From NCBI GenBank assembly GCA_963702475.1, contig CAVPCT010000005.1:544001-608000 (forward strand): a DNA stretch of 64,000 nt, written 5' to 3'. The notes beneath the pieces were generated by a model. The model was not told the DNA's origin. It was given only the letters and a program-made list of their open reading frames with translations, and ran no database searches. Below are positions 1 to 10,346 of this stretch, in pieces. The translations under genes and the position numbers were made by a program. This DNA comes from an uncultured Thermoleophilia bacterium. Its GTDB lineage: Bacteria; Actinomycetota; Thermoleophilia; UBA2241. Each line of letters begins with the position of its first letter. Within the stretch, counting starts at the first letter, position 1.

Positions 1-722
1 CCGAGACGTTGCAGCAGGAGGAGAGCCTGCGCAAGGAGAGCGTCGCCGACCTTGCGCACGAGCTGCGCACGCCGGTGATGGGCCTGCTGGCGCGCATCGA
101 GGCCGCCCAGGACGGCGTGCTCGCCGACGAGGCCGCCAACCTGTCGGCCATGCACGACGAGGCGCTCCGCCTGGCGCGGCTGCTCGACGACCTCTCGTCC
201 CTGGCCGAGGCGCAGCGTCCCGGATTGCTCCTCGACCTGGTGGATGTGGACCTCGCCGCTGTGGCCCGCAGGCAGGCGGCGGCCTTCGCGCCGCGCTTCG
301 CCGAGAAGGGCATCTCGTTCGACGAGGACCTCGAAGAGGCGCTCGTGGAGGGCGAGCCCAAGCGGCTCGAGCAGATCCTCGCCAACCTGTTCTCCAACGC
401 GCTTCGCTACACAGACCCCGGTGGGCGCGTGACGGTGCACGTGGCGCCGGTGGACGGCCACGCCGAGCTGGCCGTCCGGGACACGGGCATCGGCATCGCC
501 CAGGCCGACCTCCAGAACGTGTTCACGCGCTTCTGGCGCGGCGAGAAGTCGCGGTCCCGGGCCACCGGAGGAGCCGGCATCGGGCTCTCCATCGTGAAGG
601 AGCTGGTGCGCGCCCACGGCGGCGACGTGGCCGTGGAGAGCGTGCCGGGCGAGGGCTCGCTGTTCAGGGTCACCCTGCCCCTGGCCGCAGTGCCGGCGCC
701 GAAGGCACGGCGCCCGGCCTGA
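1..722 (+). CDS. Sensor histidine kinase, C-terminal part (5' truncated by window)
   Basis: H-box LAHELRTP, N-box ILANLFSNALRY, G1 DTGIGI, F-box FTRFWR, G2 GGAGIGLSIV. Confidence 0.93.
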   Translation, partial: ETLQQEESLRKESVADLAHELRTPVMGLLARIEAAQDGVLADEAANLSAMHDEALRLARLLDDLSSLAEAQRPGLLLDLVDVDLAAVARRQAAAFAPRFAEKGISFDEDLEEALVEGEPKRLEQILANLFSNALRYTDPGGRVTVHVAPVDGHAELAVRDTGIGIAQADLQNVFTRFWRGEKSRSRATGGAGIGLSIVKELVRAHGGDVAVESVPGEGSLFRVTLPLAAVPAPKARRPA

Positions 723-765
723 CGGGGGCGGGCGCCGCGAGCCCGGGCCGGCGGCCGGCAGCGCC

Positions 766-1818
766 TCAGCGGCCCGCGTCCGACAGCAGCCTGGCCGTCC
801 AGCGCGAGAGCGCGCGCTGCCACTTGGCGGCGCCCGAGTGCAGCAGGTGGTTGATGTCGTAGAAGTCCGCGCTTGTCAGGTCGGGCGCCACCGCGAAGTC
901 GAGAAACCGCACGTGGAGCTCGCGGGCCGCGCGGCCGACGCCCCGGGAGACCGCGCGTCGCTCGGCCGCCAGCTGGTCGCCGACCACCTCATCGTTCAAC
1001 GGCAGCTGCACGAACACCGGCCGCAGGCCGTGTTCGCGGCAGGCGCTCACAAGCTTGGCGAGCGCCCGGAGGTTGGCCGCCCTGTGCTTGCGGAACTTGC
1101 CGGCGCGGGAGCCATCCCAGTGGGTCACGCGGGCCAGCTTCGCCTCTTCCGGCTTCGGCGGCCGCTGGTCGTAGTAGTGCCTCACCCAACGGCCGAGCCG
1201 GGGCGACGCACCCGGCGCGAAGGTGGCCGGCCGCCCCAGTGGACCGCGCACCGGACGCTCGACGAAGCGGCTGAGGCCCACGCCGATGAACGCCAGGCCG
1301 CCGCCCAGCTCCGGCATCTCCTCGACGAACCGGCGGTCGATGCGAAAGGTCTGGTCGTGGCTCGCGAGCGTGAACGTCCGTGCCTGCACACCGAGGTCGC
1401 GCAGTTGCCGGGCCCAGGCGGCGTCGCTGACCAGCGACTCCCGCGCCGTCGAGTCGCCGAAGTAGAGGACGACGGGCACGCGCGGCGGACGGGCTCGCAG
1501 CAGCCCGACCACCTGCCAGGCGTGACGCCACTCGCCGACTCTGAGCGTCGGGTCGACCAGCGCGCCCGGCTTGGACGACGGCGCGCCGGACGGCGACGCT
1601 CCGGCCGGCGCCCTGCCGCCGGCAGGCCCGGCCGCCCGCGAGCCGACGACGCCGGACCCCGCCGCCGGAGATGCGGAGGCGGCGCGCTCGCCGGCCGCGC
1701 CCCCGCCGCACCCGGTGAGCGCGAGAGCCGCCAGGATCAGCAGCGCTGCCGACGCCGCGCCGAGAAGGCCGGACGCGGCGCGACGGCGCCGCCGTGCGTG
1801 GGACGGACGAGGGGTCAT
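766..1818 (-). CDS. SGNH/GDSL-like hydrolase lipoprotein
   Basis: Arg-rich N-terminus, lipobox LALTGC, block I YFGDST, C-terminal DxxH (FYDINHL); ATG 1818 lies 6 nt after a TATCAT -10 hexamer. Confidence 0.7.
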   Translation of the reverse strand: MTPRPSHARRRRRAASGLLGAASAALLILAALALTGCGGGAAGERAASASPAAGSGVVGSRAAGPAGGRAPAGASPSGAPSSKPGALVDPTLRVGEWRHAWQVVGLLRARPPRVPVVLYFGDSTARESLVSDAAWARQLRDLGVQARTFTLASHDQTFRIDRRFVEEMPELGGGLAFIGVGLSRFVERPVRGPLGRPATFAPGASPRLGRWVRHYYDQRPPKPEEAKLARVTHWDGSRAGKFRKHRAANLRALAKLVSACREHGLRPVFVQLPLNDEVVGDQLAAERRAVSRGVGRAARELHVRFLDFAVAPDLTSADFYDINHLLHSGAAKWQRALSRWTARLLSDAGR

Positions 1819-1949
1819 GAGGCCATGATACGGAGTCACACGAGGGACGGTCACCCGCCCGGCAGCCGGCCAAACGCCGGCGCGGGGTCGCAGCTCCGCG
1901 CCCCGCCCCGCGTTGGACCGCCCCCGGCCACGCTGATACCGTGCCCCCC

Positions 1950-4679
1950 ATGAGCACCGTGCAGAACGCCGTGGCCGCCCCGCTGTCCGGCCTCACCGAC
2001 GAGGAGGCGGCACGCCGGCGCGCCGCCGGCCAGGGCAACGACGTCGTGGTCAGTGCCGGACGCACGTACTCGCAGATCGTCCGCGAGAACGTCTTCAACT
2101 ACCTCAACAACCTCTTCTACATCCTGGGCATCCTGCTGCTCGTCCTCGGCAAGCCGCTGGACGCCTTCGCGGTGGTGTTCGTGATCGGCGCCAACACCGT
2201 GATCAGCCTGTTCCAGGAGATCCGCGCCAAGCGCGTGATGGACAAGATGGCGATCCTCCTGCGGCCCAAGGCCGACGTGGTGCGGGGCGGCGCGGTCGTG
2301 GAGCTCGACCCGTCGCAAGTGGTCGTGGGCGACATCCTGCGCGTGCAGCCGGGCGACCAGGTGGTCGTGGACGGACCCATGGTCGGCGAGGGACGCATGG
2401 AGGTGGACGAGTCGCTGCTCACCGGCGAGTCGGACCTCGTGCGCAAACGCCCCGGCGACGAGCTCATGTCGGGCAGCTTCTGCGCCACCGGCGGCGGCTA
2501 CTACGAGGCGGCGCGGGTGGGGTTGGACAGCTACGCCAACAAGCTCACGGCGAAGGCCAAGGCCTTCAAGCGGGAGCGGACGCCGCTGCAGAAGCAGATC
2601 CTGCAGATCGTGCGGGTGCTGCTCATCGTGGTCATCGTCTTCATGGTGCTCGTGTGGGTGCGCAACGTGCTCGTCGACGTCCCGTTCGTGGAGAGCGTGC
2701 GCATGTCCACCGTGATCCTGGCGCTGATCCCCAACGGACTCGTGCTCTCGATCGCGCTCACGTACGCCCTCGGCGCCGTGCGGCTTCTCGGCAAGGACAT
2801 GCTGGTGCAGCAGTTCAACGCCGTGGAGAGCCTGAGCAATGTGGACGTGCTCTGCACCGACAAGACGGGGACGCTGACCTCGGGCGTCATCGAGTACGAG
2901 GAGCTTGATGCGCTGGGCGGTGACGCGGAGCGAGCGCAGGCAGTGCTGGGCGCGTTCGCGGCCAGCACCACCGACGCCAACAAGACGATCGAGGCGCTGC
3001 GCGCGGCGATTCCGGCGCAGGCGGTGAGGCCCGCGCACGAAGCGTTCTTCTCTTCGGAACGCAAGTGGAGCGGGCTGGCCTTCGACGCGGGTGAGGCGCG
3101 CGGTACGTACGTGCTCGGCGCGCCCGAGATCGTCGCCCGGGCGCTGCGCGCCGGGGCCGCCGACTGGCGCGAGCGCGCCGAGGAGTGGACGGCGCGCGGC
3201 CTGCGCGTCGTGCTGTTCGCCGGGCGGGCCGAGCCGCTCGCCTTCGGCGAGCCCGACGGCCCGCCCTCCCTGCCCCCCGACCTCGACCCCCTCGCCGTCG
3301 TCTGCCTGAGCGACGAGCTGCGCCCCGGCGTACGCCAGACCCTGCAGGAGTTCAGCGACGCCGGCATCGACGTCAAGATCATCTCCGGCGACAACCCGCG
3401 CACGGTCACGGCCCTGGCCATGCAGGCGGGCTTGCAGGACCTCAACCGCAAGGAGGGCGTGGACTCGTACTGCGACATGCTCCACGCCCGGCAGGCGGAG
3501 GCGCACACGGCGGCGGCGAGCGCGCCGGTCACCGGCGCAGGCGCCGCGGACGCCGGCGAGGCTGCTGACCCCGGCGCGCGGCCGACGGAGACCGCCGTGG
3601 CGGCCGGCGCGCCGGACCCCGCGGAGTCCGCGCCTCCCCGCGAGCTCGTCTCAGTCTCCGGCCAGGAGCTCGAGGCCATGTCGCCGGACGAGTTCGCGAC
3701 GGCGGCCGACGAAGCCAGCGTGTTCGGCCGCGTGACCCCCGAGCAGAAACAGGACCTCGTCGACGCCCTGCGCGACCGCGGCCGCTACGTGGCCATGATC
3801 GGCGACGGCGTCAACGACGTGATCGCCCTCAAGGAGGCCAACGTGGCCGTCGCCATGCAGGGCGGCAGCCAGGCGGCGCGCAGCGTCGGCGACCTCATCC
3901 TGATGAAGGACACGTTCGCGCCGCTGCCCTTCGCCTTCCGCGAAGGCCAGCGCATCATCAACGGCATGAACGACATCCTGCGCATCTTCATGGTGCGCAT
4001 CTTCTTCAAGGCCGCGATGATCGCCATCGTCACCGCCATCGGAGGATTCCCCTTCGCCCCCCGCCAGTCGGCCATGCTCTCGTTCTTCGGCGCCACCGTG
4101 CCGGCCATCGCCTTCGCGCTCTGGGCGCAGCCGGGGCCGACGCCCAAGGTCGGTCTGTTCCGGCTCCTGGCCCGGTTCGTCGTGCCCACCACCGCCCTGA
4201 TGGCGGCCATCGCCACCGGCGTCTACCTGGCGTGGAGCATCCCCGCCAAGAACAGTTACCTCGCCGCGCACCCCGGCGCGACCGAGGAGCAGCTCCTGGC
4301 CAACGCGTACCCCCAGGCGACCACGGCGCTCACGATCTTCGCCTGTTTCGCCGCCATCTTCCTCATCCTGCTCATCGTGCCGCCCAACGAGTGGTGGGCC
4401 GGAGGGGCCCCGGTGGTGCGCGGCGATTGGCGCATGGTGGGAGTGGTGGGGTTCCTGTTCGCCTCCATGGTCGTGATCCTCAGCGTGCCCCTGATCCGGA
4501 TCCTGTTCGAGATCACAGCGCTGCCGGTGTGGCAGTACTTCGTGCTGCTCGGGCTGGCGTTCGTGTGGAGCCAGCTCTGCCTGCTGATCTGGAAGTGGCG
4601 CCTGCTGGACCGCTGGTTGGGGACGGCGGAGGACCCCGGCAACCTGTGCGCCCGGGGGTTGGCACCGAAGCGGCCCTGA
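1950..4679 (+). CDS. P-type ATPase (cation-transporting, CtpE-like)
   Basis: TGES actuator motif, DKTGTLT phosphorylation site, SGDN, GDGVND hinge, multiple TM helices. Confidence 0.93.
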   Translation: MSTVQNAVAAPLSGLTDEEAARRRAAGQGNDVVVSAGRTYSQIVRENVFNYLNNLFYILGILLLVLGKPLDAFAVVFVIGANTVISLFQEIRAKRVMDKMAILLRPKADVVRGGAVVELDPSQVVVGDILRVQPGDQVVVDGPMVGEGRMEVDESLLTGESDLVRKRPGDELMSGSFCATGGGYYEAARVGLDSYANKLTAKAKAFKRERTPLQKQILQIVRVLLIVVIVFMVLVWVRNVLVDVPFVESVRMSTVILALIPNGLVLSIALTYALGAVRLLGKDMLVQQFNAVESLSNVDVLCTDKTGTLTSGVIEYEELDALGGDAERAQAVLGAFAASTTDANKTIEALRAAIPAQAVRPAHEAFFSSERKWSGLAFDAGEARGTYVLGAPEIVARALRAGAADWRERAEEWTARGLRVVLFAGRAEPLAFGEPDGPPSLPPDLDPLAVVCLSDELRPGVRQTLQEFSDAGIDVKIISGDNPRTVTALAMQAGLQDLNRKEGVDSYCDMLHARQAEAHTAAASAPVTGAGAADAGEAADPGARPTETAVAAGAPDPAESAPPRELVSVSGQELEAMSPDEFATAADEASVFGRVTPEQKQDLVDALRDRGRYVAMIGDGVNDVIALKEANVAVAMQGGSQAARSVGDLILMKDTFAPLPFAFREGQRIINGMNDILRIFMVRIFFKAAMIAIVTAIGGFPFAPRQSAMLSFFGATVPAIAFALWAQPGPTPKVGLFRLLARFVVPTTALMAAIATGVYLAWSIPAKNSYLAAHPGATEEQLLANAYPQATTALTIFACFAAIFLILLIVPPNEWWAGGAPVVRGDWRMVGVVGFLFASMVVILSVPLIRILFEITALPVWQYFVLLGLAFVWSQLCLLIWKWRLLDRWLGTAEDPGNLCARGLAPKRP

Positions 4680-4715
4680 GTGCCGGGCGCCGCCCTCAGC
4701 TCGCCGGTCGCGCGC

Positions 4716-5390
4716 TCACACCAGCCCGGCCGACGGGCACATGCCGGCGAGCGGGCACTCCCCGCAGGCGGGCCGCCGCGCGTGGCAGATGCGGCGGCCG
4801 TGCCGCACGAAGTCCACGTGCGCGGCGTACACCTGCGCCGTGTCCTCCGGTCCGGCCAGCTCGGTGAGCAGCGGGTGCGCCTGCTCCGCCGTCACCTTCT
4901 CGCCGATGACGCCGAGCCGCCGCGCCACACGGTGCACGTGCGTGTCGACCGGCATGACCGGCCGCTCCAGCGAGAACAGCAGCACGCAGGCGGCGGTCTT
5001 GGGGCCCACCCCCGGCAGGCCGGTGAGGTAGTCCTGCGCCTCCCCGTCGGCGAGGTCGTCGAGGACCGCCAGGTCGGGCTCGCCGGTGCGCGCGCTGATC
5101 GCCTCCAGGATGCTCTTGATGCGCGGCGCCTTGGTGTGCGCCAGGCCGCCGAGCGCGATGGCCTCCTCGATCTCCTCCGGCGTCGCGTCGCGGCAGGCCT
5201 TCCACTCCGGAAAGCGCGCCTTGAGCGCGGCGAAGGTGCGCTCGGTGTTGACGTCGGCGGTGTTCTGCGAAAGCACGGTGAACACGAGCTCGTCCACCGG
5301 CGGATAGCGCGGCGAGAGCACGGGCCGGCCGTAGAAGTCGTCCAGCAGCCGGACGGCGTCGGCGAGCTGCTGCCGTGGTGAGGTCGTCAT
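4716..5390 (-). CDS. nth: Endonuclease III family DNA glycosylase (HhH-GPD, 4Fe-4S)
   Basis: VLSQNT, LPGVGPKTA HhH motif, PVDTHVHR, C-terminal CHARRPACGECPLAGMC. Confidence 0.88.
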   Translation of the reverse strand: MTTSPRQQLADAVRLLDDFYGRPVLSPRYPPVDELVFTVLSQNTADVNTERTFAALKARFPEWKACRDATPEEIEEAIALGGLAHTKAPRIKSILEAISARTGEPDLAVLDDLADGEAQDYLTGLPGVGPKTAACVLLFSLERPVMPVDTHVHRVARRLGVIGEKVTAEQAHPLLTELAGPEDTAQVYAAHVDFVRHGRRICHARRPACGECPLAGMCPSAGLV

Positions 5391-5574
5391 CGGCGGCAGC
5401 CTATCACCCCGGCAGGAGCCGCACTGACCGGACGGGCTGAGCCTCGCCGGTGCCGCGGCGGCCGGCCCAGCGGGACGTCGCGCCTACAACGTCCACCGCC
5501 CCTCACGGTTCCACCAGGAGCACCCTTGGGAACCACTACGGTGAGACGTGTCCACGGCAAGGGGGGTGAGCACC

Positions 5575-5889
5575 GTGAAAGGCATCCTCGTCTTCGGCGG
5601 TTCCGGGCCGCTGCTCATCGTCAGCTCCTACCCCGCCGTCGACGACCCGCGCCTCATCGCGCGCCTGAGAGCAAAGGGGCTGCAGAAGTTCATGGCCTGG
5701 GAGATCCCCATCGACCGCTGCCGAGACCTGTACGGGTTCACCTACCGCGACATCGTGGAGGACCTCCAGTCGCACGACGACCTGCGCGTGCTGGACTTCG
5801 ACGGCCACCGCATCTTCCTCAACTTCTCGCTGCGGGACCTGCACGACGGCGTGATCTACGAGGACGGACGCATGAGCGTGGCGGCCTGA
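5575..5889 (+). CDS. Small hypothetical cytosolic protein
   Basis: GC3-rich ORF (MKGILVFGGSGPLLIV...LRVLDFDGHRIF), purine-rich SD upstream of GTG 5575. Confidence 0.75.
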   Translation: MKGILVFGGSGPLLIVSSYPAVDDPRLIARLRAKGLQKFMAWEIPIDRCRDLYGFTYRDIVEDLQSHDDLRVLDFDGHRIFLNFSLRDLHDGVIYEDGRMSVAA

Positions 5890-5984
5890 CGGCCGCGAAG
5901 CGAGCGCCGGCCGGGAGCGGGACGCCGGGTGCGAGGTGGTAGCCTGAAGCGCATGCGAAGGCCCACCCCGCACAGTCCGGCCGC

Positions 5985-8900
5985 GTGACCGGCTGGCGCT
6001 TCTGGATCGACCGCGGCGGCACGTTCACCGACGTGGTCGCACGGCGGCCCGACGGCACACTCGCCGTGCGCAAGCTCCTGTCCGCCGATCCGCACTACGA
6101 CGACGCCGCCGTGCAAGGCGTGCGCGACCTGCTGGGGCTGGGCGCCGGCGACCCTCTTCCGGCCGGCGCCGTGGCCGAGGTGCGCATGGGCACCACGGTC
6201 GCCACGAACGCCCTGCTGGAGCGTCGCGGCGAGCCGACCGTGCTCGTGACGACGCGCGGCTTCGGAGACGCCCTGCGCATCGGCTACCAGGACCGGCCCG
6301 ACATCTTCGCCCTGGACATCCGGCTGCCGAAGCCCGCCTACGAGCGCGTGGTCGAGGTCGACGAACGGGTCGGCGCCGACGGGAACGTGGTGCGCGCGCT
6401 GGACGAGGAGGGCGCGCGCCGGGCGCTCGAGGAGGCGCGCGCCGGCTTCACCTCCGTGGCGATCGCCTTCATGCACGGCTACCGGTACCCGGAGCACGAG
6501 CGGCGCGTGGCGGAGCTGGCGCGGGCCGCCGGCTTCACGCAGGTCTCGCGCGTCGCACGAGGCCGTGCCGCTCATGAAGCTCGTGAGCCGCGGAGAGACC
6601 ACGGTGGTCGACGCCTACCTCTCCCCCATCCTGCGGCGCTACGTGGACGGTGTGGCCGCGCAGCTTCCCGTGCGCCTGCGCTTCATGCAGTCGCACGGGG
6701 GGCTCACCGACGCGCACCTGTTCCGCGGCAAGGACAGCATCCTCTCGGGCCCGGCGGGCGGCATCGTCGGCGCGGTCCACACCGCCCACCGCGCCGGGTT
6801 CGACCGGCTCGTCACGTTCGACATGGGGGGCACCTCCACCGACGTCGCGCACTACGCCGGCGAGTACGAGCGGAGCTTCGAGAGCGTCGTCGGAGGCGTA
6901 CGTCTGCGGGCGCCCATGCTGCGCATCCACACCGTGGCCGCCGGCGGCGGCTCCGTGTGCTCCTTCGAGGACGGCCGCTACCGGGTCGGCCCGCGCAGCG
7001 CCGGGGCCGATCCCGGGCCGGCCTGCTACGGCCGCGGCGGCCCGCTGGCCGTCACCGACTGCAACCTGGTGGCCGGCAAGGTGCATCCGTCGTTCTTCCC
7101 GGCCGTCTTCGGGCCGGACGGCGACGCGCCCGTCGACCCCGAGGCGGCGCGCGCGGCGCTCGCCGGGGTGGCCGCGGCGATGAGGGCCGCCGGGGTCGAG
7201 CCGCCGGCGCAGGAGCAGCTCGCCGACGACTTCATCCGGGTCGCCTGCGACACGATGGCCCGCGCCATCAAGCGCATCTCCACGCAGCGCGGGCACGACA
7301 TCAGCGGCGCCGTACTGGTCTGCTTCGGCGGCGCCGCCGGCCAGCACGCCTGCCTCGTCGCCGACGCCCTCGGCGTCGACGGGGTGCTGCTCCACCCGCT
7401 GGCCGGCGTGCTCAGCGCCTACGGCATGGGCCTCGCGGACGTGCGTGCGCTGCGCCAGCGCACCGTCGAGATGCCGCTCACGGAGACCGCCGGTGATAAC
7501 GAGTCCGAGGCCGGCGACCCGGAGCCGGTCGCGCACGCTCCGGCCCCGGAGCTGGACGCCGCCCTCGCCGACCTCGAGCGCGAGGCCGTGGCCGAGCTCG
7601 CAGCACAGGGCTTCGCGGCCGCCGACGTCACGCTGGAGCGGCGCGCTCACGTCAAGTACGCGGGGACGGACGTGTCGCTGCCGGTCCACTGGGGACCGGG
7701 ACCGGCGATGGCCGCCGCGTTCACGGCCCTGCACCGGCAGCGCTACGGCTTCGTGATGCCGGGCCGCGGCCTGACGATCGAGGCCCTGGCCGTCGAGGCC
7801 GTCGGAAGCGGGGAGGATCGCAAGGGCGATGTGGAAGCCGGCCGGCCCGGCGACACGTGGCGCGGCGGCGACGCGGCCGGTGAGGCCGCCCCGGTCCCGC
7901 GCGGAGCCGGCCCGGGCGCAGGCCCTGCAGCCGCGCGCCCGCCGCTTCCGACGCCCTCCGAGCGCGTCCGGCTCTTCACTTCCGGAGCGTGGCGCGAGGC
8001 CCCGGTCCACCCTCGCGCCTCGCTGCCGCCGGGGACGGCCCTCGAGGGCCCGGCGATCGTCACCGAGCCCACGAGCACGACCGTCGTCGAGCCCGGCTGG
8101 CGCGCGAGGGTCCTGGCCGGCGGGGAGCTGCTCCTGCGGCGCACCTCCCCGCCTCCTCCCCCCTCCGCCGACCCGTCGCAGCGTTCCCCCCTGCTCCTCG
8201 AGGTCTTCAACAACCTGTTCATGTCCATCGCCGAGCAGATGGGCGCGACCCTCCAGAACACGGCCTGCTCGGTGAACATCAAGGAACGGCTGGACTTCAG
8301 CTGCGCCGTGTTCGACGGCGACGGCGGGCTCGTGGCCAACGCCCCCCACCTGCCCGTGCACCTGGGCTCCATGGGCGCGTCGGTGCAGGCCGTACTGGCG
8401 CGGCACCGCGACGAGCTGCGGCCCGGCGACGCGTACCTGCTCAACTCGCCGTACGCCGGCGGCACCCACCTGCCCGACCTCACGGTGGTGACCCCCGTGT
8501 TCGCGGACGGCGCGGGGGACGCTGACGGCGCGGGGACCGCCGGCGCCTCCGGCGCCGGCTCAGCCCGCGAGCCGCTGTTCTTCGTCGCCTCGCGCGCCCA
8601 CCACGCCGACATCGGCGGCATCACTCCGGGCTCCATGCCGCCCGACAGCCGGCGCATCGAGGACGAGGGCGTGCTCATCGAGGACTTCCGCCTCGTGGAG
8701 GGCGGCGAGTTGCGCGAGGCGGAGGCGGCCGCCCTGCTCTCGGGCGGACCCCACCCCGTGCGCGACCTCGCCCAGAACCTCGCCGACCTGCGCGCCCAGG
8801 TCGCGGCCAACGCGCGAGGCGCCGCGGAGCTCGCGCGCATGGTCGGCGAGTTCGGCCTGCCGGTGGTGGCCGCCTACATGCGGCACGTGCAGGACAACGC

Positions 8901-9767
8901 CGAGGAGGCCGTGCGTCGCGTCCTCGACAGACTCGGCGACGGGAGCTTTCGCCAGGAGATGGACGACGGCAGCGTGATCGCCGTGCGCGTGCAGGTCGAC
9001 CGCACCCGGCGCGAGGCCACCGTGGACTTCACCGGCACGTCTACCCAGCGCGCCGACAACTTCAACGCGCCTGCGGCGGTCTGCACGGCGGCGGTCCTCT
9101 ACGTGTTCCGCACCCTCGTGGACGCCGACATCCCGCTCAACGCCGGCTGCCTCAAGCCGCTGCGCATCGTGATCCCCCCGGGCTCGCTGCTGGACCCGGC
9201 CTACCCGGCCGCCGTCGCGGCCGGCAACGTGGAGACGTCCCAGGCCATCACCAACGCCCTGTTCGGGGCGCTCGGCGTGGTCGCCGCCTCGCAGGGGACC
9301 ATGAACAACGTGACCTTCGGCGACGAGCGGTACCAGTACTACGAGACGGTCTGCGGCGGGGCCGGCGCAGGGCCCGGCTTCGACGGCTGCAGCGCGGTGC
9401 ACACCCACATGACCAACTCGCGCCTCACCGACCCGGAGGTGCTGGAGTGGCGGTACCCCCTGCGCGTGGAGGAGTTCTGCCGTGCGGGCCGGCAGCGGAG
9501 GCGATGGGCGGCGGCGCGGCGGCGACGGGGTGGTCCGCCGCCTGCGGTTCCTCGAGCCGCTCACGGCGGCCGTGGTCTCGAGCAGCCGCCGGGTGCCGCC
9601 CTACGGGCTCGGCGGCGGCCTCTCCGGCGCGACCGGGCCGCAACGCGGTGGAGCGCGCCGGCGGCGAGGTCGAGGAGCTGCCCGGCGTGTGCCGGGTCGA
9701 GATGACGCCGGGCGACGTGCTCGTGGTGGAGACGCCCGGCGGGGGAGGCTACGGGGCGCCGGCCTGA
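5985..9767 (+). CDS. 5-oxoprolinase / fused hydantoinase A+B family protein (apparent frameshifts near 6550, 9480, 9638)
   Basis: [86 protein letters not shown], spread over successive frames. Confidence 0.9.
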
Positions 9768-9874
9768 CGGCTGCGCGGCGCGGGCTGACGCCCGCCGCAG
9801 GGCACCGCGGCGACACGGCATCGCGCCGGATCGTCACGGCGATGGCCGCGCCGCGCCGGGCCGGCAGCAGGCGG

Positions 9875-10162
9875 TCAGTACGCGGCGGCCTTGCTCCTCA
9901 TCTCGCGACGCTTCCTGCGCCGCAGGATCGCGCTGAGACCGAAGCCGACCAGGAACCCAACGAGCGAGCCACAGGATCAGCATCAGCCAGGCCGGCAGCG
10001 AGATCCACCAGAAGAAGAAGTGGAAGCGCCACGACTCCTTGGTGTTCTGCAGGATGAGGATCAGGATGAGGATCCCGACACGCCGACGGCTATGAGCTTG
10101 CCGTTGACCCGCCGCCGCCTCGCTGGCTGCGCTGACACCTGCACTTCAGGGTTGGTGCTCAT
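9875..10162 (-). CDS. LapA/DUF1049-like small membrane protein (two apparent frameshifts; absent from ORF track)
   Basis: Manual translation MSTNPEVQ...ILILILQNTKESWRFHFFFWWISLPAWLML...LVGFLVGFGLSAILRRRKRR; TM-QN-x-F-TM-basic tail pattern; GAGGGGGG SD. Confidence 0.65.
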
Positions 10163-10346
10163 GCATACCCCCCTCGACTGTCCCTTGCGGGTTAGGTTCG
10201 CCGCCCGTGGCGTCTACCCTTGCGTGCCTCGCGCCGGGCACAGCGGACGGGAGCCGGAGAGCGGGAGGAGAGCCGCGCGGTCGCCCGCGCGGCTCTCCTC
10301 GGACCTGCGGGGGGCGGGCCGCCTCGGCCGCCGCCCCCGCGACACC

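Noticed and set aside
5985-9767. Programmed ribosomal frameshifting in the oxoprolinase
   Set aside because: No slippery heptamers at the breaks, and similar indels occur in many unrelated genes
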